DNA of 64,000 nt, taken from contig JARRRI010000035.1 in assembly GCA_037380845.1 (NCBI GenBank), positions 1-64,000 on the forward strand, in the 5' to 3' direction. The DNA is from Candidatus Sulfobium sp. GTDB taxonomy: Bacteria; Nitrospirota; Thermodesulfovibrionia; Thermodesulfovibrionales; UBA6898. The notes beneath the pieces were generated by a model. The model did not search any database, was not told the DNA's origin, and saw only the letters and a list, made by a program, of their open reading frames with translations. Positions 38,043 through 49,250 of this stretch are shown piece after piece; positions within the stretch are counted from its first letter, which is position 1, and every line of letters begins with the position of its first letter. A program made the position numbers and the translations under genes.

Positions 38043-39854
38043 ATGACTTCATCCGCGGCCTCTGATTTTTCAATAATTTATTTTAGTGCTTGCGGGATTT
38101 TTTTCTTTCTGCTCATATTTGCCCTGCCAGGCGTCGCCTTCAGTGCGCAGGAAGGGTCGCAGCTAAATTATCCGTATTCAGTGGTGACCCGGCTTATAAG
38201 AGACCGCCTTGCCGCTTACCGGATCCATCCCCCCGGGCCCCCGGACAATGAAAGGATTTTTTCTCTTGAAACCCTGGAAGTTTTCTACGGAAAAAGGAAT
38301 TATGAGCCGGCGTGGTTCGGAAGAAACAGCTTTTCCGATGCCGAAGAGATGATAAAAGCCGTCAGGGGGTCCGGTAACGACGGGCTTATTCCGGAACATT
38401 ACCATCTCAGAATGATAGAAGACCTCCTCGGGAGGGCTTACAATATAAAGGAGAAAGAGAACTTTGTCGATCCGGAAATCCTCGTAGACCTCGATATACT
38501 TCTTACCGACTCCTTTTTCACACTCGCACACCATCTCTCAACAGGCTCGGTCAATCCCGTGACTCTCGAGCCTGAATGGTCGTTCTTCCCGGACATGGAC
38601 CTCCCCGGGATACTTGCACACGCCCTGGAGGAGCATACGGTCGGGCAGACCCTTCAGGGACTGGCGCCACAGACACGGCAATATGCGGCGTTAAGGAAGG
38701 CCCTTGTGCGTTACAGGGAAATGGCAGCGAAAGACGATCAGCCGCCTATACCGGACGGACGGCTTCTCAAGAAGGGCATGAGATCGCCCAGGGTCGCGGA
38801 GATAAGGGAAAGGCTGGCTTTTCTGGGAGACCTCAATTTGCACACTGAAACTGACGGGACCCTTTTTGACGGCGGCCTTAAACAGGCGGTGGAAAGATTC
38901 CAGGAGAGGCACGGCCTGAAAGCCGACGGCATAGCAGGTCCTTCCACGCTCGGGGAACTGAATGTCCCGATGGGTGACAGGGTAAAACAGCTTCTCGTCA
39001 ACCTGGAGCGCATGCGCTGGAACAACGGTGGTCGCGGCGACCGTTATCTGATCGTCAACATCGCCCGCTTTGAGCTGGACGTTGTGGAACATGATCATGT
39101 CGTACTCTCCATGAAGGTAGTGGTTGGAAAACCGTTTCTGGATACGCCCGTATTTACGGGAAAGATGACCTACCTGGTACTGAACCCGGCCTGGAACATT
39201 CCGGTCAGTATTGCCAGCAAGGAGATACTGCCGAAAGTAAAGAAAGATCCCGGCTATCTCAAAAAAGAGCACATAACCATTCTCCGGGGATGGGGTGGTA
39301 AGGAGGAGGTAATCGACCCCCGCACTATAGACTGGAGTTCAGTCACGGCACGGAAAGCGGACTTCAGATTTCGACAGGAACCAGGCCCGCTAAATCCGCT
39401 CGGTCGCGTCAAGTTCATGTTCCCCAACAAATTCAACGTTTATCTGCATGATACGCCTGCCAGGAACCTCTTTTCGCAGAATGTCCGCACCTTCAGTCAC
39501 GGCTGCATCCGGATAGAAAAGCCGCTTGAGCTTGCCGAGTACTTGATGAAAGGCGACCCTCACTGGACAAAAGAAGACATTACGGCGGCTTTGAAAGACG
39601 GTGAAACAGAGGATGTCCGCTTACCCGGTCCCGTGACTGTGTATCTAGTCTATGTGACTGCCTGGGTTGATGAGGACGGGTCAGCCGAGTTCAGAAACGA
39701 CATTTACGGAAGAGACGCAGACCTCTATTCAGCCATCACGATGAACCCGCTGAAAGATACGACTCAAAAGTTCATAAGTCTCTCATATCTTTCAAAACGT
39801 CACCCGCTTAACCGACAAACCGGTCTCAGCATCCCTACCCCAGTTCCGGGGTGA
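38043..39854 (+). CDS. L,D-transpeptidase (YcbB/LdtD-like) with peptidoglycan-binding domain
   Basis: FQ.RHGL..DG, NPLG.VKF.FPN, YLHDTP, SHGCIR. Confidence 0.9.
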   Translation: MTSSAASDFSIIYFSACGIFFFLLIFALPGVAFSAQEGSQLNYPYSVVTRLIRDRLAAYRIHPPGPPDNERIFSLETLEVFYGKRNYEPAWFGRNSFSDAEEMIKAVRGSGNDGLIPEHYHLRMIEDLLGRAYNIKEKENFVDPEILVDLDILLTDSFFTLAHHLSTGSVNPVTLEPEWSFFPDMDLPGILAHALEEHTVGQTLQGLAPQTRQYAALRKALVRYREMAAKDDQPPIPDGRLLKKGMRSPRVAEIRERLAFLGDLNLHTETDGTLFDGGLKQAVERFQERHGLKADGIAGPSTLGELNVPMGDRVKQLLVNLERMRWNNGGRGDRYLIVNIARFELDVVEHDHVVLSMKVVVGKPFLDTPVFTGKMTYLVLNPAWNIPVSIASKEILPKVKKDPGYLKKEHITILRGWGGKEEVIDPRTIDWSSVTARKADFRFRQEPGPLNPLGRVKFMFPNKFNVYLHDTPARNLFSQNVRTFSHGCIRIEKPLELAEYLMKGDPHWTKEDITAALKDGETEDVRLPGPVTVYLVYVTAWVDEDGSAEFRNDIYGRDADLYSAITMNPLKDTTQKFISLSYLSKRHPLNRQTGLSIPTPVPG

Positions 39855-42762
39855 ATCCTCTCCGCATCGTATTTTCCGAAATGCTCCTGGGGTTCATGAA
39901 ATGTAGAAGATAATCATGACCTCCGGCCTTCGAGCCGACACCGGACATGCCGAACCCTCCGAAAGGCTGTCTTCCCACCATCGAGCCTGTAATTTTTCTG
40001 TTTATGTAAAGGTTGCCGACCATGAAATCGCTCCGCACCTTCGCAATGTTGCCGGGACTTCTCGAAAAGAGCCCGCCGGTAAGGGCATATTCAGTACCGT
40101 TGGCTATCTGCAGCGCCTCATCGAGGTCGCGGACCCTGAAAAGCACAACGACGGGACCGAAGATCTCTTCCTGTGCCGGTCTCGAATCGGGGCTGAGTCC
40201 TTCAAAAAGCGCAGGGCCGACATACAGCCCCTTTTCCTTCACCTCTCTTATCAAGACGGGGGCCCCCTTCTGTCTTCCCAGATCGATGTATTCCTCCACC
40301 TTCCTCTTCGCGGCAACGTCGATCACGGGTCCCATAAAGGTTGCCGGATCTTCCGGCGGCCCTATCCTGATGCTTTCGGCCGCCTCTTTGAGTCTCAGCG
40401 TAAATTCGTCGTAAGTGTCGCCGACCACGATAACCCGGGAGCATGCCGAACACTTCTGCCCCTGGTAAACCAGGGCCGATTCCAGGACCCCCCTCACCGC
40501 TTCATCGAGATCGGCCGTCTCATCTACTATAACGGCGTTCTTACCCCCCATCTCAGCGACTACCTTCTTCACATTCCTCTGGCCCTGACCGGTTTCGCCT
40601 GCCAGCCGGATAATTCTCAGACCCACTTCCCGTGACCCCGTAAATGCTATGAAATCGACATCCGGATGGGCCACAAGATGTTCTCCCACCTCGCCCCCGG
40701 GGCCGGGAAGGAACTGCAGGACCCCTTCCGGGAGGCCCGATTTTTTGAAGACCTCAAATAGCTTCCATCCCGTTACGGGAGAAAGCCCGGAAGGCTTGAA
40801 AATGACGCAGTTGCCGGCGACCACCGAGGCGGAGACCATGCCCGTCGGGATGGCCAGCGGGAAGTTCCACGGAGAAATGACGACACCGACTCCCCGCGGG
40901 GAATATGAATACTCGTTCTCTTCGCCTGGATAGTCCCCGAGGAGGCTTTTCCGGCCCAGTCTCAGCATCTCTCTTCCATAATATTCCAGGTAGTCTATGG
41001 CCTCGGTAATGTCCCCGTCGGCGTCTTTCCAGGTCTTGCCCGTCTCGTATATTTCCAGGGCTGCAAGTTCGAAGCGCTGTTTCCTCATTTCTGCGGCCGC
41101 CCTGAATAAATGATCCGCCCTCCCGGCGGGCCCCACTTTCTTCCAGCCGTGGAATGCTTTCCGGGCTTCGGCTACGGCGGCGTCGGCCTCTTCCCTTCCG
41201 CCGGAAGACACAATACCGATTATCTCATCCGGGTCGGAGGGATTGCCTGACTTGATCTCTTTCCCGGTAAACAGTTCCCTGCCCGCCACTGCCACGGGGA
41301 ACCTGGAACCTGTCTGCGTCTTCACGGTCTGGAGTGCAAGTCTCATCTTTTCCCTGTTCGAAGCGATCGAGAAGTCGGCCGGCGGTTCATTAGTAAATCC
41401 CCCGTCAGCCTTCTCCATAACTTTCCCTCCTGCAGGCGGGGACTGCATAAGCTCGTCAAAAGGGCGGTTTTCAAAAAAAGACTTCCTCAGGAAAGACTCG
41501 TCAGAGCTGTTTTCAAGCAGCCTCCTGATCAGGTATGCCATGCCGGGGATAAACTCACCCACCGCGGTGTAGACAGTCACTCTGCGTCCCATCTTCAGCA
41601 GCGCGCGCCTCACGGGTTCCGCCATTCCGTAAAGCATCTGGAATTCGAACTCGTCCCCGGGTACGTTCAGCATATCGGCCGTCGCAATGGCATGGCTTAT
41701 GGACCTGATATTATGAGTTGCAAAGGCGGGATAAATGTAACGGGTATTCTCAAAGAGCAGTCTGGTCAATTCCTCAAAATTCCGGTCCGTCTCCCCTTTC
41801 TCCATGAATGTCGGCACGGGCCAGCCCTTCTGCCGGTTCACGGCAACTTCGTAGTCCCGGTAAGCACCCTTTACCAGACGAACTAATATACGGGTTCCGG
41901 TCCTTTCGGCCCACTCGATAAGTCCCTCAAGATCATTCCTCGTATCCCGCAGGTAGGCCTGGAGTGCTATCCCCGCCGAGGGGAAGTCCGGATATTCCTG
42001 CAGAACTTTCTTGAACAGTTCGATAGTGAGGTCCTTGTAATAATAATGCTCCATATCAAAGGTTATCGGAATTCCCGCCTCCCCGGCCCTGTCTAAAACC
42101 GGCCTCAGGCCCCGCAATGTGTTTGTTATCGACCCGTCCCAGTCCACGGGGTCCAGCTGGGAGTAGAATGACGATATCTTGAGGGAAATCCCGGGGGGCT
42201 GAGACTTTTCTCCGGACCGCGCCCTGCCGGCCCTTTCGCCGAGATAGTTGAGCAGTTCAATATATCTTTCCCTGTAATCCCCGGCCTCCCTGTCGCTCAC
42301 TACAATCTCCCCCAGAAGGTCTATACTCACGTCTGCGCCCTCTTTCCTGAGCGATTTCATGGCCTTTCCTGAACTTTCGGGGTCCCTGCCCGCAATGAAC
42401 TGACGTGCGAGGGTCTCCACCCCCGTCCTCGCCACCCTGGCTGCAACGAATGAGGAAACCCCTCCCCGCGAAAGACGTTCGATTCCGCGCTTGATAAGCA
42501 GGGGAGCATCGAGGTCGCTGACACTGAAATACTCCTTCAGGACGCGCACTACAAGGTCGTCCGACTTTAATGCCGGCAGCACATCGACAAACCTGAAGAG
42601 CCTGACCTTGAACTCCTCGTCTTTCATAACGCGTTCCATGATCCTGCCTATCCACTTCTTCTTTTCGAAAAGCGAAGGGACCTCCTCTTTCATGTGCCCC
42701 TGAAGCTCAGAGCCCACCTGTCTGATTCTTTCCTCAATGGTCTGACGGCTTTCCGTAGACAT
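39835..42762 (-). CDS. putA: Bifunctional proline dehydrogenase / P5C dehydrogenase
   Basis: RLVKGAY, ATHN, YLIRRLLEN; PWNFP, EMGGKN, GQKCS, EEIFGP. Confidence 0.95.
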   Translation of the reverse strand: MSTESRQTIEERIRQVGSELQGHMKEEVPSLFEKKKWIGRIMERVMKDEEFKVRLFRFVDVLPALKSDDLVVRVLKEYFSVSDLDAPLLIKRGIERLSRGGVSSFVAARVARTGVETLARQFIAGRDPESSGKAMKSLRKEGADVSIDLLGEIVVSDREAGDYRERYIELLNYLGERAGRARSGEKSQPPGISLKISSFYSQLDPVDWDGSITNTLRGLRPVLDRAGEAGIPITFDMEHYYYKDLTIELFKKVLQEYPDFPSAGIALQAYLRDTRNDLEGLIEWAERTGTRILVRLVKGAYRDYEVAVNRQKGWPVPTFMEKGETDRNFEELTRLLFENTRYIYPAFATHNIRSISHAIATADMLNVPGDEFEFQMLYGMAEPVRRALLKMGRRVTVYTAVGEFIPGMAYLIRRLLENSSDESFLRKSFFENRPFDELMQSPPAGGKVMEKADGGFTNEPPADFSIASNREKMRLALQTVKTQTGSRFPVAVAGRELFTGKEIKSGNPSDPDEIIGIVSSGGREEADAAVAEARKAFHGWKKVGPAGRADHLFRAAAEMRKQRFELAALEIYETGKTWKDADGDITEAIDYLEYYGREMLRLGRKSLLGDYPGEENEYSYSPRGVGVVISPWNFPLAIPTGMVSASVVAGNCVIFKPSGLSPVTGWKLFEVFKKSGLPEGVLQFLPGPGGEVGEHLVAHPDVDFIAFTGSREVGLRIIRLAGETGQGQRNVKKVVAEMGGKNAVIVDETADLDEAVRGVLESALVYQGQKCSACSRVIVVGDTYDEFTLRLKEAAESIRIGPPEDPATFMGPVIDVAAKRKVEEYIDLGRQKGAPVLIREVKEKGLYVGPALFEGLSPDSRPAQEEIFGPVVVLFRVRDLDEALQIANGTEYALTGGLFSRSPGNIAKVRSDFMVGNLYINRKITGSMVGRQPFGGFGMSGVGSKAGGHDYLLHFMNPRSISENTMRRGFTPELG

Positions 42763-42960
42763 CCGGCTCCTTTCATCCTTCCGGTGTTATTCCGGGAAAA
42801 ACACCGGAGATTTCTTTATATAAAATCCTATCATACCTCCGTTTCTTTGCAAACAAACCGAAGAGCCATCACTGCGCGCACCAACAAGTTGTATTTGAAC
42901 TGTCATTCAGATAAAATCTTAATGAATTGCCGGAAGAGAATGTCCTGCAAAGGAGGAGTT

Positions 42961-43398
42961 ATGGTACTTCCCGAATATATCACCATCGATGAGGTAAAAA
43001 GGATTTGCAGGGAGCTGAAGATCAGCGACTGGACATCAAAAAGCGAGTCTGAGGTCAGCCCCGAAGAGGCCCTCATCATCCTCTCCGCGGTAAATGCGGG
43101 AAAAATGAACATCCCACTTAATGACTTCCGTCGGGGACTCGAAGTTGAGCTTGAACACGGCCTGATGTATAAAGACGCCAACGTCACTAACAACCACCCG
43201 ATCCTCACGGGGAAGATTGTGCTCGCACATCTGAAAGAAACCATGGATTACTACAGGCGGCTGGACATCGCCGAGCTGGAGGCAGACCTCTTCAAGGCGA
43301 CCCTTGCCGGAGACCCCGGCAAGTCGAGAAAATACCTTAAGAGACTCACGGAGGCCAGGCGCCTCCTGAGCGAAGCGGAATCGGAGCAGATAGGATAG
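42961..43398 (+). CDS. Hypothetical protein (DUF5661-like)
   Basis: AGGAGG RBS; GL.VELEHG...TGKI.LAHL.E..DYY.RL. Confidence 0.75.
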   Translation: MVLPEYITIDEVKRICRELKISDWTSKSESEVSPEEALIILSAVNAGKMNIPLNDFRRGLEVELEHGLMYKDANVTNNHPILTGKIVLAHLKETMDYYRRLDIAELEADLFKATLAGDPGKSRKYLKRLTEARRLLSEAESEQIG

Positions 43399-43444
43399 AA
43401 TAAGTCCGGCACTGTGCCCAAAGACTTTTTTCCAGCCGTTGGTA

Positions 43445-43574
43445 CGCCATTCCCGTGAAGGCGGGAATCCGGGTCTTTCAATGACTTATACTTAACATGG
43501 ATCCCGGGTCGCAGGCCGGACTATTACGGACTCATGAACTTGAAATTCGTCATTCCGGGGCAGAAATCGGGAAT
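43445..43574. repeat. CGTC-type REP cluster
   Basis: CGCCATTCCCGTGAAGGCGGGAATCC and CGTCATTCCGGGG..ATCGGGAAT. Confidence 0.7.
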
Positions 43575-43727
43575 AATCAAGACTGCCCCACATGTGAAGG
43601 CCTTTGCAAGATTCCCCACTCCCGAAGTCTTTCGGGAGTGCTGCATACGGGCCCGCTCGTGACCCTCCTGCCAGCCGCCCTAAAGATATATGTTATTATA
43701 AAAAATCAAAAAAGCGAGGCTATTAAT

Positions 43728-43985
43728 TTGAAAGAAGAACTGATAAGGGAAGAAGAAAAGAGGATGAGACGGCTCAGATCGATCATAAATCTCACGGAGG
43801 CGGTACTGACGCAGTCCGGCTTTTCCCTGCCGGAGGCCCTGCAACTGATGGAGAACACCAAGAAGGCCGCCCTCAGCCTTTTCCCCGACAAGGAGTTCGT
43901 TTACGACCTTGTATATACTCCGAGGTTTCGCAGGATCCTGGAAGAACGCTTTACCATACCGGGCAGTCTGTCCGGCATGAACTGA
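43728..43985 (+). CDS. Hypothetical protein
   Basis: GAGG RBS, TTG start; EE..MRRLR...LFPDKE..YDL.Y.PRF.R. Confidence 0.65.
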   Translation: MKEELIREEEKRMRRLRSIINLTEAVLTQSGFSLPEALQLMENTKKAALSLFPDKEFVYDLVYTPRFRRILEERFTIPGSLSGMN

Positions 43986-44043
43986 ATCCGTCTCAGCGAA
44001 GGTCCGGCTTAATTAACGTCTCACCATATCCGTAAGTCCCGGT

Positions 44044-44155
44044 CGTCATTCCCGCGGAGGTGGGAATCCATTTTCCCCGACAACCCGGATTCTCGATGCG
44101 AGTTTCGAAGCGAGTCTCTGCGTCCCGATTACCACCTCGGGAATGGCGAATTTGA
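44044..44155. repeat. Inverted REP pair; the minus-strand copy carries one nested insert
   Basis: CGTCATTCCCGCGGAGGTGGGAATCC plus reverse complement of the 18765 element minus one insert. Confidence 0.8.
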
Positions 44156-44262
44156 AATGTGAGACTTTAATTGCAAGATTAATGTAGAGAGCATTAATGA
44201 GCATTACGGAGCCGTCAATTGTTCCGCAGTACCACACGGGCAGTTCCATAGCTACCAGCCTG

Positions 44263-44829
44263 CTAAGAGCGCTTGCCCATGGAAAAGGCTTTTCCCAGAT
44301 GTCGCCCCACCCCGTAATAAGTGCGGCTTTCTGGTGTAAATATCGCCGGCCTGAGTTTTTCAATGTCCGGCACTCCGCCCGCATCGATGACCGTCTCATC
44401 CGCCTTTACGTCCCTGATCTCCCCGATGAACTGGGTATGGATGCCGATCTCAACCGTTTTGAGCACCTTGCACTCAATTACCAGGGGGAATTCCTTCACG
44501 TAGGGGGCATCCACGAAGTCGCCCTTCACCGCCGTAAGGCCGGAGACGGCAAATTTGTCCTCGTTCTTCCCTGAAACCGTTCCGAAGTAGTCGGCCTGTT
44601 TGAGATATTCTTCAGAAGGGATATTAATCGTAAACGCCTGCCGGTCCATCACGTTTCCATAGGTAAAGGTTACCTTTCGCAACGACACGGCAATACAGGG
44701 TGGACTCGAACAGCATATCCCGCCCCACGAAGCGGTCATCACATTTGCCTTTCCGCCTTTATCGTAGCTTCCCACCACCAGCACCGGCGCCGGGTAAAGC
44801 AGTGTCTTTGCACCCAGAGATTTTTTCAT
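44263..44829 (-). CDS. Flavin reductase/flavoredoxin family protein
   Basis: NVMTASWGG, SG...DKF, P...EC, H..FIGEI. Confidence 0.88.
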   Translation of the reverse strand: MKKSLGAKTLLYPAPVLVVGSYDKGGKANVMTASWGGICCSSPPCIAVSLRKVTFTYGNVMDRQAFTINIPSEEYLKQADYFGTVSGKNEDKFAVSGLTAVKGDFVDAPYVKEFPLVIECKVLKTVEIGIHTQFIGEIRDVKADETVIDAGGVPDIEKLRPAIFTPESRTYYGVGRHLGKAFSMGKRS

Positions 44830-44928
44830 TTTTTCTGTCCTCCTGAGACTCTTATCATACATGATGGAATCATGGATCCGGCTGTAAATTGCCCTGAAAC
44901 GGTCGTCAAGACTTTCTTCCGGATGATA

Positions 44929-45165
44929 TTAATGCTTGCCCGCCTCGCTCTCTTCTTCCATCCTGTAGCCCATGGTCTTCACGCTGTCCTTCGCTGTTCT
45001 TTCGATGGCCTCGCCCGGGACTTTCGAATCATCATAGGTAATTACCACCTCTCCGTTTTCGGCGGTTACCGATTCGACCCCGTCCATACCTCCCATGAAA
45101 TGCATCAATGCAAGTGAGCATTCCCCGCAGAATTCCTTCTGGACCTTCAGATGCACTCTTTTCAT
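44929..45165 (-). CDS. Heavy-metal-associated (CopZ-like) protein
   Basis: CGEC motif, GV..V, final GY. Confidence 0.75.
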   Translation of the reverse strand: MKRVHLKVQKEFCGECSLALMHFMGGMDGVESVTAENGEVVITYDDSKVPGEAIERTAKDSVKTMGYRMEEESEAGKH

Positions 45166-45204
45166 TAATCACCTCCGAAAAATTCGTGTGACGCCCGCCG
45201 GTTA

Positions 45205-45675
45205 TCAGTGACGTCCCCGTCCCTTTTCGCGCCCGTGACCGCGTTCGTGTCTGTCCCAGTGCCTCTCCCTCTGCCATTTCTTCCAGTTCTTCTTCAGGTG
45301 GCCGTAAGGTATGCGTTCATATCCGGGCCGTAAATGACGAAAATCGTGGGGAACGTGGAGAACAGGACCCGGGACCCGCCGCGGTTCTATATATACCCAG
45401 GGGCCGTCATACCTGTGCGCCCTGTACCAGTAGCTCCTGTAGGGCCTGTACCAATAGCCATCGTAGAAAAATATATCGGCCTTGATGCCCGGAATGAAAT
45501 AGGCGTATGTTCCGGGGATGACGACCACGGACGGCGGCGCGGAGAAGACCACATGCGGCGGTACTATATTGATCCCGACATGTACATCGGTGCCTGCAGC
45601 CTCGCCGTATGGATATGACACCGCCGCAGCCATAACCACCACCCCGAAAAAGAAAGTCAGCAATCCGCGTTTCAT
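45205..45675 (-). CDS. Secreted Pro/Trp/His-rich hypothetical protein
   Basis: AGGAGG RBS, signal peptide, FFYDGYWY..Y.GPW. Confidence 0.75.
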   Translation of the reverse strand: MKRGLLTFFFGVVVMAAAVSYPYGEAAGTDVHVGINIVPPHVVFSAPPSVVVIPGTYAYFIPGIKADIFFYDGYWYRPYRSYWYRAHRYDGPWVYIEPRRVPGPVLHVPHDFRHLRPGYERIPYGHLKKNWKKWQRERHWDRHERGHGREKGRGRH

Positions 45676-45744
45676 ATAGAACACCTCCTTCTTCACATCA
45701 AATTTCTGTTACTCCGGCAGCCATAAAGTGAAACTTCGAAAACC

Positions 45745-45835
45745 CGTCATTCCGGCACATCCGGCCTGTCCCGACCCTCACGGGGAATCTTCTTCGTCCT
45801 TCTTCGGAAACGCGCACACAGATTCGGGGAACGAC
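45745..45835. repeat. Degenerate CGTC-type REP pair
   Basis: CGTCATTCCGGC...GGAATC and AGATTC..GGAACGAC. Confidence 0.5.
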
Positions 45836-46021
45836 AACTTTCATTTTTTTAATGCCGGAGTAATATGTAATATTATCCTACTTTTTTTGTCTTGTTTCCA
45901 CATCCTCCCGAAGTACCTGGTCGCAGGTCCGTAATAAAGAGATCCTGCTCAGCTTTTGACTCCGCGCCTCCGGCGTCTTATACTGAGAAAGAAAAGTTTT
46001 GCGTAAGGAGGTACTCAGGTA

Positions 46022-48688
46022 ATGTCTTTCAAACCCGCCCGGATATTCATCTTGCTGGTCTCTCTTTTCGTGTTGTCGGCTTCTCCGCCCGTCAGCGCCA
46101 ATGACTCCCTTGTCCTCCGTGCGACGCTGAAAAACGGCCTGAGAGTCGTCATCGTACGTAACTCTCTGGCCCCGGTTGTAACGACCGAAATAAACTACCT
46201 TGCGGGCGCCAACGAGACGCCCAAAGGGTTTCCGGGGACTGCCCATGCACAGGAGCATATGATGTTCCGGGGCAGTCCGGGGCTCTCTGCCGATCAACTT
46301 TCTTACATAGTCGCCTCTCTGGGCGGAGATTTCAATGCCGACACCCGGCAGACGGTGACCCAGTATTTCCTGACGGTGCCGGCGGATGACCTGGATATCG
46401 CATTGCACATCGGGTCCATAAGGATGCGAGGTGTATTGGATTCCGAGGAGCAATGGGAGAAAGAGCGGGGGGCCATCGAACAGGAAGTTGCCCAGGACCT
46501 TTCCAACCCGGAGTATGTCTTTTACAAGAAACTCCGGGCCGCCATGTTTGAAGGTACCCCTTATGCCCACGACGCCCTGGGGACCCGGCCTTCCTTCAAC
46601 AAGACGACGGGGGCGATGCTGAAGAAATTTTATAACGACTGGTACGGACCCAATAACGCCATCCTTATAATAGCGGGTGACGTGGATCCCTGCCGCACGC
46701 TTGCCACGGTAAAGGACCTGTTCGGGGATATTCCCTCCCGCCCTCTGCCGGAACGTCCCAGGGTCGACCTGCGTCCTCTCAAGCCGGTCTCCATGGAAAT
46801 GAAAACGGACCTGCCGTATGGTTTGTCTGTCGTGGCCTACCGGATGCCGGGCTTCGACAGCGCGGACTACGCGGCCGGTCAGGTGCTGGCCGACGTCCTG
46901 GACAGCCAGAGGGGCTCCCTTTATGCGCTGGTACCGGAAGGCAAGGCGCTCTCGGCCGGCTTCGATATCGAGACGCTGCCGAGGGCCGGGATGGGTTACG
47001 TGACCGCTGCATTTCCCCAGGGCGGAGACGGCAAAGTTCTCATTTCGACGATAAAGAAGAGAATAGCGGATTACCTGAAAAAAGGTATTCCGGCCGACCT
47101 CGTCGAGGCAGCGAAGCGTCACGAGATCGCCGATGCCGAATTCGGTAAGAACTCGGTCTCCGGTCTGGCTTCCTGGTGGTCTCAGGCCCTCGCCGTCGAA
47201 GGCCGGAATTCGCCTGGGGATGACATATCCGCGATCAGAAAAGTCAGTCCCGGGGACGTCGACCGGGTTGCGAAGAAATATCTTCTGAACGACACCGCCG
47301 TAGTCGCCGTACTAACGCCCCAGGCTTCGGGCAAGGCGGTATCTTCAAGGGAATTCGGGGGCAGGGAGTCTTTTACGCCCCAGAGTACCAAGCCCATCAC
47401 TGTGCCTGACTGGGCAAAAAAGATCACCCAATTGCCGGCCGTACCAGCTGCTACCGTGAAACCGTCGGTAACGGTCCTTCCGAACGGCCTGAAGCTCATC
47501 GTGCAACGGGAGACGGTCAGCCCGACTGTAAGTGTATACGGGCGTGTCAAAACAAACCACGATATGCAGGCCCCGAATGGCAAGGAAGGGATATCAAGAA
47601 TCCTCGGCAACCTCTTTTCTTACGGCACAAAGTCCCTGGGTCGCCTCGCATTTCAAAAGGCTCTTGACGACATTGCCGCCAATGAGTCCGCCGGCACCAG
47701 CTTTCAGCTCCAGGTTTTAAAGGACCGCTTCGACGCAGGCGCCAGACTTCTGGCGGAAAACCTCCTGGAACCCGCCTTCCCCGGGCAGGCGTTCGAGGTA
47801 ATAAGGAAGCAGACAATCGCGGCCCTTCCCGGCGAACTGAAAAGTCCGCGCCATCTCTCACGGCGGGCCCTGCGCGCTGCTCTCTATCCTAAAAATGATC
47901 CGGCCTTGAGGCAGGCCACACCGGAGAGCGTGTCATCAATCAGTCTCAAGGACGTACGGTCCTATTACCAGGGCATATTCCGGCCCGACATGACAACTGT
48001 CGTAGTAATCGGTGACGTTACACCCGCAGACGCCGGGAAAGTAATAAAAAAATATTTCGGGGGCTGGAAGGCTGAGGGACCGAAGCCGAAGACCGACCTT
48101 CCACCTGTACCCCAAAACAAGCCCGCGTCAGTTGCCGTCCCAGACATAAGCCGTTCGCAGGTGGATGTTACGCTTGCCCAGACCATGGGGATAACCCGCT
48201 TCAGCCCCGATTACTACGCCCTCCAGGTCGGAACCCATGTCCTCTCCAGCGGATTCTACTCTTCGCGCCTGTATCGCGACCTGCGGGAGAAGACCGGACT
48301 CGTTTACTCTGTAGGGGCAATTACCGAAGCCGGCAGGACCCGTTCGCTGTTCGCGGTCTTTTATGCATGCGACCCGCCCAATGTATCAAAGGCGCGTGCG
48401 ATCGTGGAGCGTGACCTTATCCAGATGCAAAAAGAGCCCGTCAGCAAAGACGAGCTGAGGCGGACAAAGGCATTGCTGATCCGCCGGATCCCCCTTTCGG
48501 AGGCGAGCATTGACGGGATTGCCGGCAGACTGCTGCATTATTCACTGGAGGGGCTGCCTCTCAACGAGTCTGTTCTCGCCGCAAAACGCTACCGCAAGAT
48601 GACGGCCCAACAGGTAAAGTCGGCCTTCTCACGCCGGGTCCGGCCGCTGGACTTCGTCCAGGTCACCCTGGGTCCGGAGCCGAAATGA
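46022..48688 (+). CDS. M16 (pitrilysin-family) zinc peptidase, exported
   Basis: AHAQEHMMFRGS HxxEH; duplicated L.NGL domains; SSRL...LREK.GL.YS. Confidence 0.92.
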   Translation: MSFKPARIFILLVSLFVLSASPPVSANDSLVLRATLKNGLRVVIVRNSLAPVVTTEINYLAGANETPKGFPGTAHAQEHMMFRGSPGLSADQLSYIVASLGGDFNADTRQTVTQYFLTVPADDLDIALHIGSIRMRGVLDSEEQWEKERGAIEQEVAQDLSNPEYVFYKKLRAAMFEGTPYAHDALGTRPSFNKTTGAMLKKFYNDWYGPNNAILIIAGDVDPCRTLATVKDLFGDIPSRPLPERPRVDLRPLKPVSMEMKTDLPYGLSVVAYRMPGFDSADYAAGQVLADVLDSQRGSLYALVPEGKALSAGFDIETLPRAGMGYVTAAFPQGGDGKVLISTIKKRIADYLKKGIPADLVEAAKRHEIADAEFGKNSVSGLASWWSQALAVEGRNSPGDDISAIRKVSPGDVDRVAKKYLLNDTAVVAVLTPQASGKAVSSREFGGRESFTPQSTKPITVPDWAKKITQLPAVPAATVKPSVTVLPNGLKLIVQRETVSPTVSVYGRVKTNHDMQAPNGKEGISRILGNLFSYGTKSLGRLAFQKALDDIAANESAGTSFQLQVLKDRFDAGARLLAENLLEPAFPGQAFEVIRKQTIAALPGELKSPRHLSRRALRAALYPKNDPALRQATPESVSSISLKDVRSYYQGIFRPDMTTVVVIGDVTPADAGKVIKKYFGGWKAEGPKPKTDLPPVPQNKPASVAVPDISRSQVDVTLAQTMGITRFSPDYYALQVGTHVLSSGFYSSRLYRDLREKTGLVYSVGAITEAGRTRSLFAVFYACDPPNVSKARAIVERDLIQMQKEPVSKDELRRTKALLIRRIPLSEASIDGIAGRLLHYSLEGLPLNESVLAAKRYRKMTAQQVKSAFSRRVRPLDFVQVTLGPEPK

Positions 48689-48804
48689 AGAATGAGACGT
48701 TAATAGTAAATAGTGAATAGTAAGCGGGCAATACGAGATGGAAAAGGTTCCTTGGCCGGGCATGCGCTATGCCCTTAACCCCGTCGGCCGGTTATACTAT
48801 AACT

Positions 48805-49083
48805 ATGGATCAGGACGAACTCGATGAGGTACTTGGGATAAGCCGCTGCGCGCGGTGCGGGCACCGGCTGGAAGGCGAGATAGAATGCCCTTTCTGCTCC
48901 ACCTTCCGCTCGGCCTCCCCGAGGGAGTCAACGCCGAAATGGATATATATAACCGCCTGTTTTCTCACTTCTCCCCTCAGTCTGGTTTCGTTAACAAGAA
49001 GCGACAGACTTAACCTCATCGAGAAGGTACTCGCCTTTTCCGGATGTCTTTTCTGGCTGGGCGTCTTCCGGCTCTTCTTCTGA
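48805..49083 (+). CDS. Small zinc-ribbon membrane protein
   Basis: CARC...CPFC then hydrophobic C-terminus. Confidence 0.6.
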   Translation: MDQDELDEVLGISRCARCGHRLEGEIECPFCSTFRSASPRESTPKWIYITACFLTSPLSLVSLTRSDRLNLIEKVLAFSGCLFWLGVFRLFF

Positions 49084-49250
49084 GCCTCCTTCGCATTTCC
49101 GCCTCCCGGAGCCCTTTGCCACAGTCAGTCCGGACTGGTGAGGCGGATTATTTCGTGGTATAAGTATAACAAGAGCCATATTGGGCTGAATTTCGGCAGA
49201 CAGGCATTATAGGAGAGCACATATGGGTTGGCTGAAAGGGTGGATTTCCG